In this document: positions 24,367 to 32,666 of the stretch, piece by piece
How the letters are laid out: every line of letters begins with the position of its first letter
Numbering within the stretch: the first letter of the stretch is position 1
Assembly: GCA_937958795.1 (NCBI GenBank)
Contig: CALGNA010000002.1
Location: 1-32,666 of the forward strand
Direction: 5' to 3'
From: an uncultured Bdellovibrionales bacterium
GTDB taxonomy: Bacteria; Bdellovibrionota; Bdellovibrionia; Bdellovibrionales; UBA1609
Length of the DNA stretch: 32,666 nucleotides
Notes under the pieces: generated by a model
What the model was told of the DNA's origin: nothing
The model's input: the letters and a program-made list of their open reading frames with translations, nothing else
The model's database searches: none
Position numbers and translations under genes: made by a program

Positions 24367-25368
24367 ATGAGTTCATCAGGGAAGAGAATACTGTCTGGAG
24401 TGCAAAACTCATGTTTTTTTGGAATATTAGGATTCATAGCTTCTTTCCATATTATGAGCTTTCATGCTTTTGGGGAGACACATGAGGGGGCTGTTTTAGG
24501 GGAAAATATTCAAGTTTCTGTTATGGAGATTTCAGAAGCTGAGGCTTTGGCAGAGATTAAAACTGTAAGAATAGTTCAGCATGGTGTGGCTTCTGCATTA
24601 GAAGATAAAACAACAGTATTTGAAACTCCAGATTTAACAGAGCAAGTCGGGTGTGGATTGCAACAAGATATCAAAGAGAGTGAGATATTAGAAGGCCAGG
24701 CATCTGAAAACGAAACTGAAAGTAGGAGCTCTGAGCCTGAAACTAACCAAGAAGATGTATCAAGCCAAGAAGGCCCGTCTTCCGTATCGGATTCGTCATC
24801 AGCTTCAAAAAAACCAAATCTAGTGACTTACTCATCCATTGAAGGTTTGGGTGATATCGATGAGATTATAACTGTTGGTGAAAAAGTCATCAATGTTATT
24901 TCTAAATCTAAATCGACAGTTGAGTTTGAGAAGTCACCTGTAGCACATGTGATTCCAAAGCAGGCAAAATGTTGGACTGAGTTTTCGAATTGGTTGGGTC
25001 CAAAATTTTATCGAGTTCAATTTGATTTTTCTAAAAGAGGAATTTTTGGCAACAGGCTCAATATTGTCAATGCCACGCTTATTTTAAGTTTTATGTATGG
25101 AGGTCAATATAATGGTAAGGGGCAGTATTTACAAAATGTTATGGTTTATCCCCGAATCAATCGTGTCGCTCCCTTTTGGAGTTTAAAGTCTAATGTCGAG
25201 TTATTTTTACCAAGTAACTACGGATCTAAAAGTGATCCAATTGCAGGTTTACAGTTAAAAGTCACAAATCAATACTCTACTTTTTTGAGACGAGTCGTAG
25301 CGGCAAGGACACTCGCCATTAAGGGTAACGGGGATGTGGTAGATGATTATATTGAAATTGAGCCATAA
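24367..25368 (+). CDS. hypothetical membrane-anchored/secreted protein with acidic Ser/Glu-rich linker
   Basis: GGAGGGG lies about 4 nt upstream of the second ATG (24367), so I prefer it to 24355. Hydrophobic N-terminus FFGILGFIASFHIMSFHAFG, an E/S/D-rich stretch (ESRSSEPETNQEDVSSQEGPSSVSDSSSAS), and a C-terminal ~190 aa with no motif I recognise. Confidence 0.55.
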   Translation: MSSSGKRILSGVQNSCFFGILGFIASFHIMSFHAFGETHEGAVLGENIQVSVMEISEAEALAEIKTVRIVQHGVASALEDKTTVFETPDLTEQVGCGLQQDIKESEILEGQASENETESRSSEPETNQEDVSSQEGPSSVSDSSSASKKPNLVTYSSIEGLGDIDEIITVGEKVINVISKSKSTVEFEKSPVAHVIPKQAKCWTEFSNWLGPKFYRVQFDFSKRGIFGNRLNIVNATLILSFMYGGQYNGKGQYLQNVMVYPRINRVAPFWSLKSNVELFLPSNYGSKSDPIAGLQLKVTNQYSTFLRRVVAARTLAIKGNGDVVDDYIEIEP

Positions 25369-25538
25369 TAAAAAAGCATAAAGTATTCAACAGGACTTAT
25401 GAGCTTAGATAGCATAATGAGTTGACTAAAGAGTCGGAGTCTCATTACCTCAAGTTTTGGTTATTAAGTGCTTGATCTGATTGTTTTTCCTGTCTGTGAT
25501 TCACTTATGATTTTATTAAATAAGGATTCACATATATT

Positions 25539-27140
25539 ATGGATGCAAAACCTAACTTAGTCGCTGCTGTTGAGCCAAGTGCTCAAAAAGATATATTTTC
25601 AGGTATAACTGTTGCTCTTGCCTTAGTGCCTGAGGCAGTAGCTTTTGCTTTTGTTGCAGGTGTAGCTCCCATGGTTGGTCTCTATGGGGCTTTTATCATG
25701 TGCATAGTAACGGCGGTTTTTGGGGGTCGACCTGGGATGATTTCTGGAGCCACAGGAGCCATGGCTGTGGTTATGGTTCATTTGGTTCTAGAAGGAAACG
25801 CAATGGGAGCAGAGGGCGCTCTTGCAGGTGTACAGTATCTCTTTTTAACTTTGTTATTAGTGGGAGTGTTGCAAGTATTAGCAGGGGTATTTAAATTAGG
25901 TAAACTCATAAGGCTTGTTCCTCGTCCAGTTATGATGGGTTTTGTAAACGGCTTGGCTATAGTGATCTTTTTATCTCAATTGCATATGTTTAAATCTCCA
26001 GATCATGGTTGGATACAGGGACAAGAGCTTTGGCTCATGTTGGGTTTAGTTGGTTTAACTTTAGCTCTTATGTTTGGTTTACCAAAGCTTCACGAAAAAA
26101 TCCCGGGTGGATTGGTGTCGATTATTATAGTGAGTTTAATAGTAGTTTTCTTTAAGTTAGATACATCAACGGTGCTTTCGTTTATTCAAGAAAACGGTGG
26201 GACAGGTATCAAGGGAGCTTTGCCAAGTTTTGCATGGCCTCAAGTTCCTTTAAACTTTGAAACTTTAGGTTTTATATTCCCGTATGCATTTATCTTAGCA
26301 GCTATTGGCTTGATTGAATCCCTTATGACTTTAAACCTTATAGATGAGATTACACGAACAAGAGGAAATGGGAATCGTGAGTGTATTGCTCAGGGTGCAG
26401 GTAATTTTTTGAGTGGAATTTTTGGTGGTATGGGTGGTTGTGCCATGATTGGTCAGAGTATTATCAATGTGAGCTCTGGTGGAAGAGGACGATTGTCGGG
26501 TATCGTTGCTTCATTGGCATTGCTGTTTTTCATTTTATTTGCTTCACGATATATTGAAGCGGTCCCGATTGCAGCTCTAGTGGGTGTCATGTTTTTTGTG
26601 GTCATCAAAACTTTTGCATGGAGTACTTTTAGTATTTTAAACAAAGCGCCTAAATGGGACATCGCAGTTATAATTATAGTAACCGCTTTAACTGTTAAGT
26701 TTGATTTAGCTATTGCAGTGTTTGTGGGTGTGATAATTTCAGCTCTTATATTTTCGTGGGAAAATGCTCTTCGTATTAGAGCCAGAGTCTCTATTGATGA
26801 GCACGGTATTACTCATTATGAAATTTATGGTCCCTTGTTTTTTGCATCAACAACATTGTTTTTAACTAAGTTTAAACCAGAAGAAGACCCACGTGAAGTG
26901 ATCATTGATTTTAAAGACTCTCGTATTATGGATCTATCCGCTATTGAAGCCATTAATAAAGTGGTGAGTCTTTATCAAGAACAAGGTAAGCAGGTCCACT
27001 TAAGGCATTTAAGTGCAGATTGCAGGCGTATGATTAAAAAAGCAGAAAAGATCTGTGACGTAAACGTCTTAGAAGACCCTGACTACTTTGTAAGTATCGA
27101 TAGCTTTAGGAAGTTGGAAGCTCAGTCACCTTCCTTGTAA
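25539..27140 (+). CDS. SulP-family inorganic anion transporter with C-terminal STAS domain
   Basis: Polytopic Gly/Ala-rich helices (GITVALALVPEAVAFAFVAGV, AQGAGNFLSGIFGGMGGCAMIGQS) typical of SulP/SLC26. C-terminal STAS-like YEIYGPLFFAST...VIIDFKDSRIMDLSAIEAI. Confidence 0.9.
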   Translation: MDAKPNLVAAVEPSAQKDIFSGITVALALVPEAVAFAFVAGVAPMVGLYGAFIMCIVTAVFGGRPGMISGATGAMAVVMVHLVLEGNAMGAEGALAGVQYLFLTLLLVGVLQVLAGVFKLGKLIRLVPRPVMMGFVNGLAIVIFLSQLHMFKSPDHGWIQGQELWLMLGLVGLTLALMFGLPKLHEKIPGGLVSIIIVSLIVVFFKLDTSTVLSFIQENGGTGIKGALPSFAWPQVPLNFETLGFIFPYAFILAAIGLIESLMTLNLIDEITRTRGNGNRECIAQGAGNFLSGIFGGMGGCAMIGQSIINVSSGGRGRLSGIVASLALLFFILFASRYIEAVPIAALVGVMFFVVIKTFAWSTFSILNKAPKWDIAVIIIVTALTVKFDLAIAVFVGVIISALIFSWENALRIRARVSIDEHGITHYEIYGPLFFASTTLFLTKFKPEEDPREVIIDFKDSRIMDLSAIEAINKVVSLYQEQGKQVHLRHLSADCRRMIKKAEKICDVNVLEDPDYFVSIDSFRKLEAQSPSL

Positions 27141-27157
27141 AAACAGCGTTTTGCCTT

Positions 27158-27838
27158 TTATTCAAAAATAAGCATATATTCGTTAGCTATAAATTTTATA
27201 AAATCATCTTGAATAGACTGTGAGTTAACTTCAAAAGTTAAACTAGTCCACGCATGTATTTTTCCAAATACAGAAGGGTCTGTGGTCGATACAAACTCAA
27301 TATCCGGATTGATGCTAGCGTGTTCATGAGACTTTATCAATATTAAGCTTGTTTTGCGTTGAAGGCTTTCGAGGCTAATGAGGGCATTAGAGTCTTCTTT
27401 AAATACAGGGAAAAAGTTTTTTTTTGGGGTCTGCACTATAATATCTATAAAGCGTTTTGAGCCAGGGGCCCGTGGAGTGTCTAAGTTAATAAAGATACTT
27501 AAAAAACTGCCTCTGCTATCTTCTTTAGAAATGATATTTGTTTCAGCTAAGTAAATGACTCTATCTAATGTGGTATCAAAGTTTTTTAATAATGGGTCAA
27601 TGATTTTCGATCGCTTTCCAAATGCAAAGTAAAAACTTGCTGATTCTGTGTTTTTAGTATGAGCCATAAGTTTTGCAAAAGAGAATGGATGAAAATCTAT
27701 GCTATTGTTTCTTTTTGATGCAAGCATAAGATCTTGAAAGTACTTAGCTGATTCTAAAATTATGGAGTTAGCATGTGCATAAAGGCTAATAAATAGTAGA
27801 GTTAAAGCTGATAGTTTAGAGAGCTTATGTAGTTTCAA
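27158..27838 (-). CDS. hypothetical secreted protein
   Basis: TTG start preceded by GGAGGA. Signal peptide MKLHKLSKLSALTLLFISLYAHA. No recognised family. Confidence 0.5.
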   Translation of the reverse strand: MKLHKLSKLSALTLLFISLYAHANSIILESAKYFQDLMLASKRNNSIDFHPFSFAKLMAHTKNTESASFYFAFGKRSKIIDPLLKNFDTTLDRVIYLAETNIISKEDSRGSFLSIFINLDTPRAPGSKRFIDIIVQTPKKNFFPVFKEDSNALISLESLQRKTSLILIKSHEHASINPDIEFVSTTDPSVFGKIHAWTSLTFEVNSQSIQDDFIKFIANEYMLIFE

Positions 27839-27945
27839 TTTTCCTCCAAAATTTAGACAGAGACTATAAGGACGTATAGCTTATTTAACTGAAGAGAATA
27901 AATAGGTAAGCTTGCTTTGAAATCTTTACATCAAAAGAATTTTAT

Positions 27946-29787
27946 TTAATAGTAGACAATTTCATATTCTTTCTCAATTTCAGATGAGGCTGATTTAGCC
28001 AAAGGGTGTTCACTCGTATGTGAGCGGGTACCAAAGATGAGTTTGTCAAAATCCATTGTTTTTTTAAGTGTTTGAAGGCCTTCCATGAGGCTTCCTGGTA
28101 GGATTTTAACAGTAATGATAAAGTCTCTTCTGTTAGTTGGAACAATCTGTTGTGAGACAACTCTTTGCAAGAGTTCATAGAAAAAGCCTTCAGGGTCTTT
28201 GTTGTTCTCTGCATGAAAAACAACGAGTTCAAAAGGAGATTTTGGGTTTTGTTTATGTATGTGTCTGATACTTGCATTAATAAGTCGTCTTGCATTTGTA
28301 CCACCTGTACATAAAACATATTTAGGGAGATCACTTGGCAAAGAGCTTTGGCTTGCAAATCGACCAGCTCCAAGGCGTAGATCAGTTCGAGTTTCTAGAC
28401 GCTTTTCTAAAACCCCCCACCTATAAAAAGCCATCAATAAAAGACTCATTGAAATCAGCTGCATGAGCATGTTTCTGGCACTACCCGAAGAGTGAGCAAA
28501 TAATGTTGCTTGAGCAATAAAAAGAACAAAACCTGATAAAAGGGGAATGAGAGGGATGTTCATTTTTTTTGTGACGAGCATTAAGCTACTCAAATACTCG
28601 CTAGGTATCCCTTTGCGAAGTTCACGGTTCCGCATAAGAACAACACCAATACAAAAACTAACCATGACTCCTAAGAAGGCAATTTCATAAACTTTGGCTA
28701 AGATTTTAACTTCACCCGTAACAAAGGCACACATTGCCATTGCAATGAACATAAAAGGGATAGCAATAAAGGGGTAACCTTGGATGCTAGGGTATTTATG
28801 AGCTAGGCGGTAAAGTAAAATACGGGGTAGGTTTCCTTGTTTAGCCATAGTTGTGGCTAAACCAATGAAGCCAACAAAGGCTGTATTAGTCGCTGCAAAT
28901 AAAGTCAGAGTTGCATCAACAACAATAATATAAAGCAGAACTTTACCGCCTAGTTTATAGCTTAAGCCTGAAAGCAATGAGTCTAGCTGGTTGTTAATTT
29001 CGCCTTCACTCAGGAGGACGAGACATAAAAATGAGATAGTTGGAGCTGTTAAGGAAACCAATATAATAACGGTCTTATACAGTTTTCGAACTGTCTTTAG
29101 GACAGGTTCCTCAAGCTCTTCTACTATTTGAGCGGCTGATTCAAAACCAGTGATACCTAAAAAGGCTGCGCCAAAACCATACAGCAGCATACTCATTGAG
29201 ATTTCCCCGCTGGGAGTAAGGCGCTGAAATTTTGTCCAATCCACTTCATCTAAATTAAAAGCAAGATAACCAAATCCCCATATGGTGATAATAATAAGTA
29301 AGAAAAAGTGAAACCCAGCAATACCAGTCACTATTTTGGCAGGTTCTTTAATTCCTCGTGAGTTTAAAAGTGCAAAGAGGATTATGGGTATAAACGATAA
29401 TAAAACCAATGTGGTTGTTGATGTACCGCCTTCTGAAAGAGAGCTAAGGTAAAAGGCACCACTCAATGAGCTTACAGCAGCTGTTGCGAGGTAAGAGACC
29501 ACTGTGAGAGCACCAGCTAATACAGCTGCCTGTCTTCCGAGTGTTCTCAAAATCATGGAGTAAGCACCACCATTATAAGGAGAGAGAGCAAGCCCTTCTT
29601 CATAGGTGCGTTTAAAAACCCACATCATAAGACAGCAGATAAGAACAAATACAGGTGCTAGGTAACCTACGATAGGGAACAAGATTCCCGTGCCATAAAA
29701 AACAGAGGTTCCAATATCGGCGCCAACGATTCCAGCCGCAACGATCCAATTGAGTTCGTGTTTATTTGTATTCAAACTTAACCTCAT
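27946..29787 (-). CDS. APC-superfamily permease with ~140-aa C-terminal cytoplasmic domain (KimA-like architecture)
   Basis: About 12 hydrophobic helices. The NGGAYSMILRTLGRQAAVLAGALTVVSYLATAAVS block is typical of APC transporters. The soluble tail KYVLCTGGTNARRLINASIRHI...ELVVFHAEN resembles, by eye, the C-terminal domain of the K+ transporter KimA. Substrate not assignable. Confidence 0.8.
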   Translation of the reverse strand: MRLSLNTNKHELNWIVAAGIVGADIGTSVFYGTGILFPIVGYLAPVFVLICCLMMWVFKRTYEEGLALSPYNGGAYSMILRTLGRQAAVLAGALTVVSYLATAAVSSLSGAFYLSSLSEGGTSTTTLVLLSFIPIILFALLNSRGIKEPAKIVTGIAGFHFFLLIIITIWGFGYLAFNLDEVDWTKFQRLTPSGEISMSMLLYGFGAAFLGITGFESAAQIVEELEEPVLKTVRKLYKTVIILVSLTAPTISFLCLVLLSEGEINNQLDSLLSGLSYKLGGKVLLYIIVVDATLTLFAATNTAFVGFIGLATTMAKQGNLPRILLYRLAHKYPSIQGYPFIAIPFMFIAMAMCAFVTGEVKILAKVYEIAFLGVMVSFCIGVVLMRNRELRKGIPSEYLSSLMLVTKKMNIPLIPLLSGFVLFIAQATLFAHSSGSARNMLMQLISMSLLLMAFYRWGVLEKRLETRTDLRLGAGRFASQSSLPSDLPKYVLCTGGTNARRLINASIRHIHKQNPKSPFELVVFHAENNKDPEGFFYELLQRVVSQQIVPTNRRDFIITVKILPGSLMEGLQTLKKTMDFDKLIFGTRSHTSEHPLAKSASSEIEKEYEIVYY

Positions 29788-29918
29788 ATCCTAGGAAAAT
29801 ATCTTAGCAAATATTTTAACCAAATATCTACAATACTATAGAATTTTAGCTTTATTATGAGGCCTCACTTTACGGCTGTCTATTGATAAGTTAGTCGTTG
29901 AGGGATTGAGGTAAGATT

Positions 29919-30521
29919 TTGAAACAAATTTTAAAAGAAATTCTATTCTGGAAAAACTTGGCGCACCAAAAGCTAGATCTGGCTCTGGGCTTATTAGATG
30001 AAGATGTTAACTTAGATCCTAAGACCCGTTTTAGGGTTCATCTCCATTGGGATGAGGAAAAAGAGTGGATTTTGGGTTTTTGGGGCCCTGAAAGTCAATC
30101 TGCTTGCCATAGCCATGGACCAAGCAATTGCGTTTTTGTCTCAATGTCAGGTGAATTTCAGGAAACTCAGTGGTTATCGCACTCTGATCAAAAAAATAAG
30201 GGTCAGCTGATAGGTTCTCATGTCCTGACTCCAACTTCTATGCCTCGGCAAATGTATGGCTATAATGTTTTAAGCGAAGAAGAGTATTTTGATACACATC
30301 AATTGCAACCTAAAAAACTATCAAATAGCAAGGATTGGACTGCATCTTTGCATTGTTACTCTCATCCGTTGACTGAAACTGATGTTTTTGATGAAACAAA
30401 GGATCTATGGATCAAGAAAACAGCAGAACCACCTCTAGAGAGCATGAAGAAAAACCCGTCTTATCTGAACAACTTGTGGACCAACTTTGGAGAAATGTCT
30501 CCGACTGGCTTAGAGTCTTAA
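29919..30521 (+). CDS. cysteine dioxygenase type I-like cupin
   Basis: WGPESQSACHSHGPSNCVFVSMSGEFQETQW matches the CDO cupin motif (HxH....C, with Cys in place of the cupin Glu). Downstream FDTHQL (third His) and SLHCYSHP (Tyr) align by eye with mammalian CDO1 GLHRVEN / SLHLYSPP. TTG start with GAGG upstream. Confidence 0.7.
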   Translation: MKQILKEILFWKNLAHQKLDLALGLLDEDVNLDPKTRFRVHLHWDEEKEWILGFWGPESQSACHSHGPSNCVFVSMSGEFQETQWLSHSDQKNKGQLIGSHVLTPTSMPRQMYGYNVLSEEEYFDTHQLQPKKLSNSKDWTASLHCYSHPLTETDVFDETKDLWIKKTAEPPLESMKKNPSYLNNLWTNFGEMSPTGLES

Positions 30522-31879
30522 AAGGCCAAGCTATTGGAGATCATATATCACCAAATAGGTTGCGAGACATATACTCCTTAGATCTAGGTGATAAGACATC
30601 GCAATCAGAATTAAATCAGCTGGTTTATGAGTACACACAAAAAAGTGTAAATACGCAAAGTCCTTACTTTGTAAATCAACTCTATGGTGGGATTGATCCA
30701 ATTGCTGCTTTTGGCGAATGGATTACGACCTTATTAAATACTTCTATGGCAACTTTTGAAATTGCACCTTTAGCCACCTTAATGGAACGAGAGATGATCC
30801 AAAAAATTGGTGGGTTTTTGCATGGTTCATCAGATAAGACCTGTGGTCTTATGACCCCTGGTGGGAGTCAGTCCAACTTAATGGCTTTGCTTTGTGCCAA
30901 GCAAAAACTTTATCCTGACTCAAAAGAAAAGGGCTGGTTACCAAACCAACATGTTATTTTAGTTTCAAAAGAATCACATTACTCATTTAAAAAAGCAGCT
31001 CTTGTCATGGGCATGGGGACAGATCAGGTATGGGGCGTAGAAGTTGATGAGTACCATCAGATGGACATTGAGGATTTAAAGCTAAAAATTAAAAAAGCTA
31101 AAACAGAAAACAAAAAAGTTCTTCTAGTAGGAGCAACCGTAGGTACGACTGTGTGGGGGGCCTTTGACCCAGTTTCTGAGATGTCTGAAGTTTGCAAAGT
31201 AGATAATACTTGGCTTCATATTGATGGATCTTGGGGTGGTGTCAGAGTTTTTGATTCAGAATCATACAAAAAAGAATGGTCTTTAGGGAATTCTTTTACA
31301 ATGGATTTTCACAAGTACTTTAATGCTGGTTTGTTAAGTGCTTTTTTTATCACTCAAGAAAAAGAGACCTTCGAACTTGCAGCACAAACAGGTGGACAGG
31401 CATATATTTTTCATACTCAAGAAGAGAACTTAGATCTTGGGCCATATTCATTGCAGTGTGGTCGGCGTGTCGACTCTTTTAAAACCTGGTTGTATTGGAA
31501 GAGCTATGGGGATGAAGGTTTAAGGCAAAAAGTTCAAGATGGATTAGGAGTTATAGCACAAATCAAGGCTGAGCTTTTACAAAATAAGAACTTTAAATTA
31601 TTGCATGACCCCTCTTTTTTAAATGTGTGTTTTCAAGTTATTGATAGTGATGGTGAAAATGACCAGAAAGATAATAATCAAAAAAGAAAAGATAATTTAC
31701 ATAAATCAATTCGTGAAGATTTAATGAAAAGTGGAGCTTGTTATATTAATTTTTCTGAAAACAAAAAAGACGGTACTTTTTTTAGATTTGTCTTGAGTCA
31801 GAATCATTTTAACTTAGATCACTTTAAAGTCATATTAGACAGCATCTTAAAATCAAAAAAAACTTTGGAGAATTTTTAG
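30407..31879 (+). CDS. group II PLP-dependent decarboxylase, animal GAD/CSAD-like (probable cysteine sulfinate decarboxylase)
   Basis: FVNQLYGGIDP, LNTSMATFEIAP, GTTVWGAFDP, WLHIDGSWGG, PLP-lysine motif MDFHKY, LQCGRRVDSFKTWLYWKSYGDEGL and FLNVCFQV align block-for-block with my recollection of human CSAD/GAD. The start is uncertain: the ATG at 30407 overlaps the CDO gene by 115 nt, and the alternative GTG at 30476 overlaps by 46 nt. Confidence 0.85.
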   Translation: MDQENSRTTSREHEEKPVLSEQLVDQLWRNVSDWLRVLKGQAIGDHISPNRLRDIYSLDLGDKTSQSELNQLVYEYTQKSVNTQSPYFVNQLYGGIDPIAAFGEWITTLLNTSMATFEIAPLATLMEREMIQKIGGFLHGSSDKTCGLMTPGGSQSNLMALLCAKQKLYPDSKEKGWLPNQHVILVSKESHYSFKKAALVMGMGTDQVWGVEVDEYHQMDIEDLKLKIKKAKTENKKVLLVGATVGTTVWGAFDPVSEMSEVCKVDNTWLHIDGSWGGVRVFDSESYKKEWSLGNSFTMDFHKYFNAGLLSAFFITQEKETFELAAQTGGQAYIFHTQEENLDLGPYSLQCGRRVDSFKTWLYWKSYGDEGLRQKVQDGLGVIAQIKAELLQNKNFKLLHDPSFLNVCFQVIDSDGENDQKDNNQKRKDNLHKSIREDLMKSGACYINFSENKKDGTFFRFVLSQNHFNLDHFKVILDSILKSKKTLENF

Positions 31880-32028
31880 TTCATTATTATCGAGGCGCAG
31901 CAGTTTGCGTAAAATACAATTTCTGAATCAAAATTTATTTATTTTAAATTTCAGAGAGAAAATCTTGTTTATCTACTGATGTTTTTTATGAAGATCCATG
32001 ATCTTTCTAAAATAAAGGAGGTAGATCA

Positions 32029-32666
32029 TGTTTATAGTAAAAACTAACAGGGTCCATAATCGTAGGGCTAGTATTTTGTTCTATTTTGCATCTGTTTTAT
32101 TGCTCGGACTAAGTCCATCAAGTGCGCAAAGTGGTATAGGTCCTGTAACTCATTATGAAAGTGGTCAGCTCTCATCAATTGACGGAAAAGAAGCTGTCTA
32201 TATTCAGGGACCAATAGGTCAGGCATCACTTCCAAATTTTGATATTCGAACGATGCCGTTACCTCCTGTAAATCAGGGAGGAGTTCCAACTCAGTTAGAT
32301 GCAGTATTAAGTCAGCCACTTAATAGAATTTTTTTTAATGATTGGGAAGACTTGGTATTCGATTTAAGGTCTTTGGAGTTAGGTGATTTAGAATCATATG
32401 TTATACAAGAAGATGGAAGCATCATAAAGCTTGATCCATCTACTCGAGGAGGACATGATTTTACTCATCAGGTTATATATTCTGTGCCTGATTATTATGT
32501 TAAAAGAGAAGGCTATTTACGAACTCTTATGTACAGTCCGACATCAGGTCAAAATCAAAAAACAGATCAAGCTTTGTTGTCGTGCAGGCAAGACTTAAGC
32601 CAGGATACGGCCATGTGCTTTATGTTTACAGACAGTCAGCCGATGTCTGAAATTGTTAGGCATCTA
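32029..32666 (+). CDS. hypothetical secreted protein, 3'-truncated by the window edge
   Basis: Not in the ORF track because it has no stop inside the window. AAGGAGG lies 7 nt upstream of the ATG at 32029, and the frame is open for 212 codons to the window end. N-terminus MFIVKTNRVHNRRASILFYFASVLLLGLSPSSAQS is a signal peptide. The listed minus-strand ORF 32068..32319 is its antisense shadow. Confidence 0.65.

Noticed and set aside
27942-28373. 143-aa minus-strand ORF overlapping the 3' end of the APC permease gene in another frame.
   Set aside because: It lies entirely inside the 613-aa permease ORF, whose C-terminal domain reads as a coherent soluble domain. There is no independent RBS.
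32068-32319. 83-aa minus-strand ORF listed in the track.
   Set aside because: It is antisense to a much better plus-strand CDS (32029 to the window end) that has AAGGAGG, an ATG and a signal peptide. The plus-strand CDS was missing from the track only because it has no stop in the window.
1-32666. Searched by eye for CRISPR repeats, tRNA/rRNA-like sequences, IS termini, integrase/transposase genes and long inverted or direct repeats.
   Set aside because: None were seen. The intergenic gaps are all 255 nt or shorter and no ORF shows transposase or integrase motifs. The window therefore looks like core chromosome, not a mobile island.

Overview
This is a densely coding, AT-rich bacterial chromosomal segment with short intergenic gaps and many overlapping stop/start junctions. 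I found no rRNA, tRNA, CRISPR array, transposase or integrase.

Most of the window is core housekeeping:
- rpmI-rplT.
- A mevalonate-pathway cluster: type-2 IPP isomerase, class-II HMG-CoA reductase, phosphomevalonate kinase, diphosphomevalonate decarboxylase and mevalonate kinase.
- This cluster runs directly into mutL-miaA-yicC-gmk-rpoZ-rel/spoT.

The minus strand then carries recD2, an MscS-family channel, a large membrane-anchored P-loop ATPase and a lemA-TPM-TPM triad. The right third holds a SulP anion transporter, an APC-superfamily permease, a cysteine-dioxygenase-like cupin and an animal-type (GAD/CSAD-like) PLP decarboxylase. Several orphan secreted proteins are scattered through it.

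Gene content and composition suggest a low-GC Gram-negative organism. A Bdellovibrio/Bacteriovorax-like predator is my guess, by inference only.

Main items for follow-up:
1. The translationally coupled membrane ATPase/winged-helix protein plus MscS channel (18560-21980). I cannot match this pair to any characterised system.
2. The overlapping, eukaryote-like CDO + CSAD-like gene pair, which implies hypotaurine/taurine synthesis.
3. A secreted-protein gene broken by two compensating frameshifts at homopolymer runs. It sits antisense in the middle of the mevalonate cluster.
4. Short motifs (GCTAAGTA, AAGGTCTA) that recur almost only in intergenic DNA.

All family assignments come from motif recognition by eye. 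No database search was run.
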